Positions 63,681 through 64,000 of a stretch of 64,000 bases of DNA are shown in pieces. Under the pieces are notes generated by a model that searched no databases, was not told the DNA's origin, and saw only the letters and a program-made list of their open reading frames with translations. The stretch is from Rhina ancylostomus (lineage: Eukaryota), in the NCBI GenBank assembly GCA_030265395.1, contig JARFYF010000051.1:23573326-23637325 (forward strand). Reading direction: 5' to 3'. The stretch's first letter is position 1; each line of letters opens with the position of its first letter. The position numbers and the translations under genes were made by a program.

Positions 63681-64000
63681 TTAAGCCGCATCAGTCATTC
63701 ATGTGGTGGGGAAGCCAGTTCAACAAAATGATGAGCAGTTGGGGTTGCTGCTCACAAGGGGAAGAATCAAATTCCTTCACAGGCCCTTTAGAGGATGCCA
63801 ATGAAGGCAGAGAGAGAAGCAGTAAGCATAGCTAAGAGGAAGTAAAGCCCAGAATGGCAACAGGAAAGTAAAATGATAAAGTAATTCTGAAGGAATGGGA
63901 AAGGCATTTGGAAGAGTAGAGTACATGAGCAAGGAGCAATGAGAGGAAACATTTTAATTAGAAAAAGTCATCAGGGAAAGGTAAAGCAAAAATAATCCTA

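Overview
AT-rich vertebrate nuclear DNA from a gapped draft assembly with many 10-N and 100-N placeholder gaps. The repeat content (HE1-type V-SINEs, SacSINE1-type DeuSINEs, HER1/CR1 LINEs, Rex1/Babar, Penelope, RTE, Tx1) points to a cartilaginous fish; that assignment comes from my recognition of the families, not from a database search. The window is mostly intronic or intergenic, and a large share of it is decayed retroelements, often nested. No complete protein-coding gene, intact RNA gene or CRISPR array is supportable. A few short candidate exons lie on each strand, the best at 54566-54756 (-), but I cannot name the gene. Most notable observations: (1) a LINE family whose endonuclease-RT ORF sits directly behind a tRNA-derived head with no room for ORF1, seen in two independent copies, one internally deleted; (2) a probable full-length Gypsy provirus collapsed into a 100-N gap; (3) an internal Penelope RT fragment inserted into a CR1 with a 14-bp duplication; (4) decayed Penelope hammerhead cores, one beside a perfect 20-bp palindrome; (5) Harbinger-like Myb and transposase relics. 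Repeat boundaries are approximate, read by eye.
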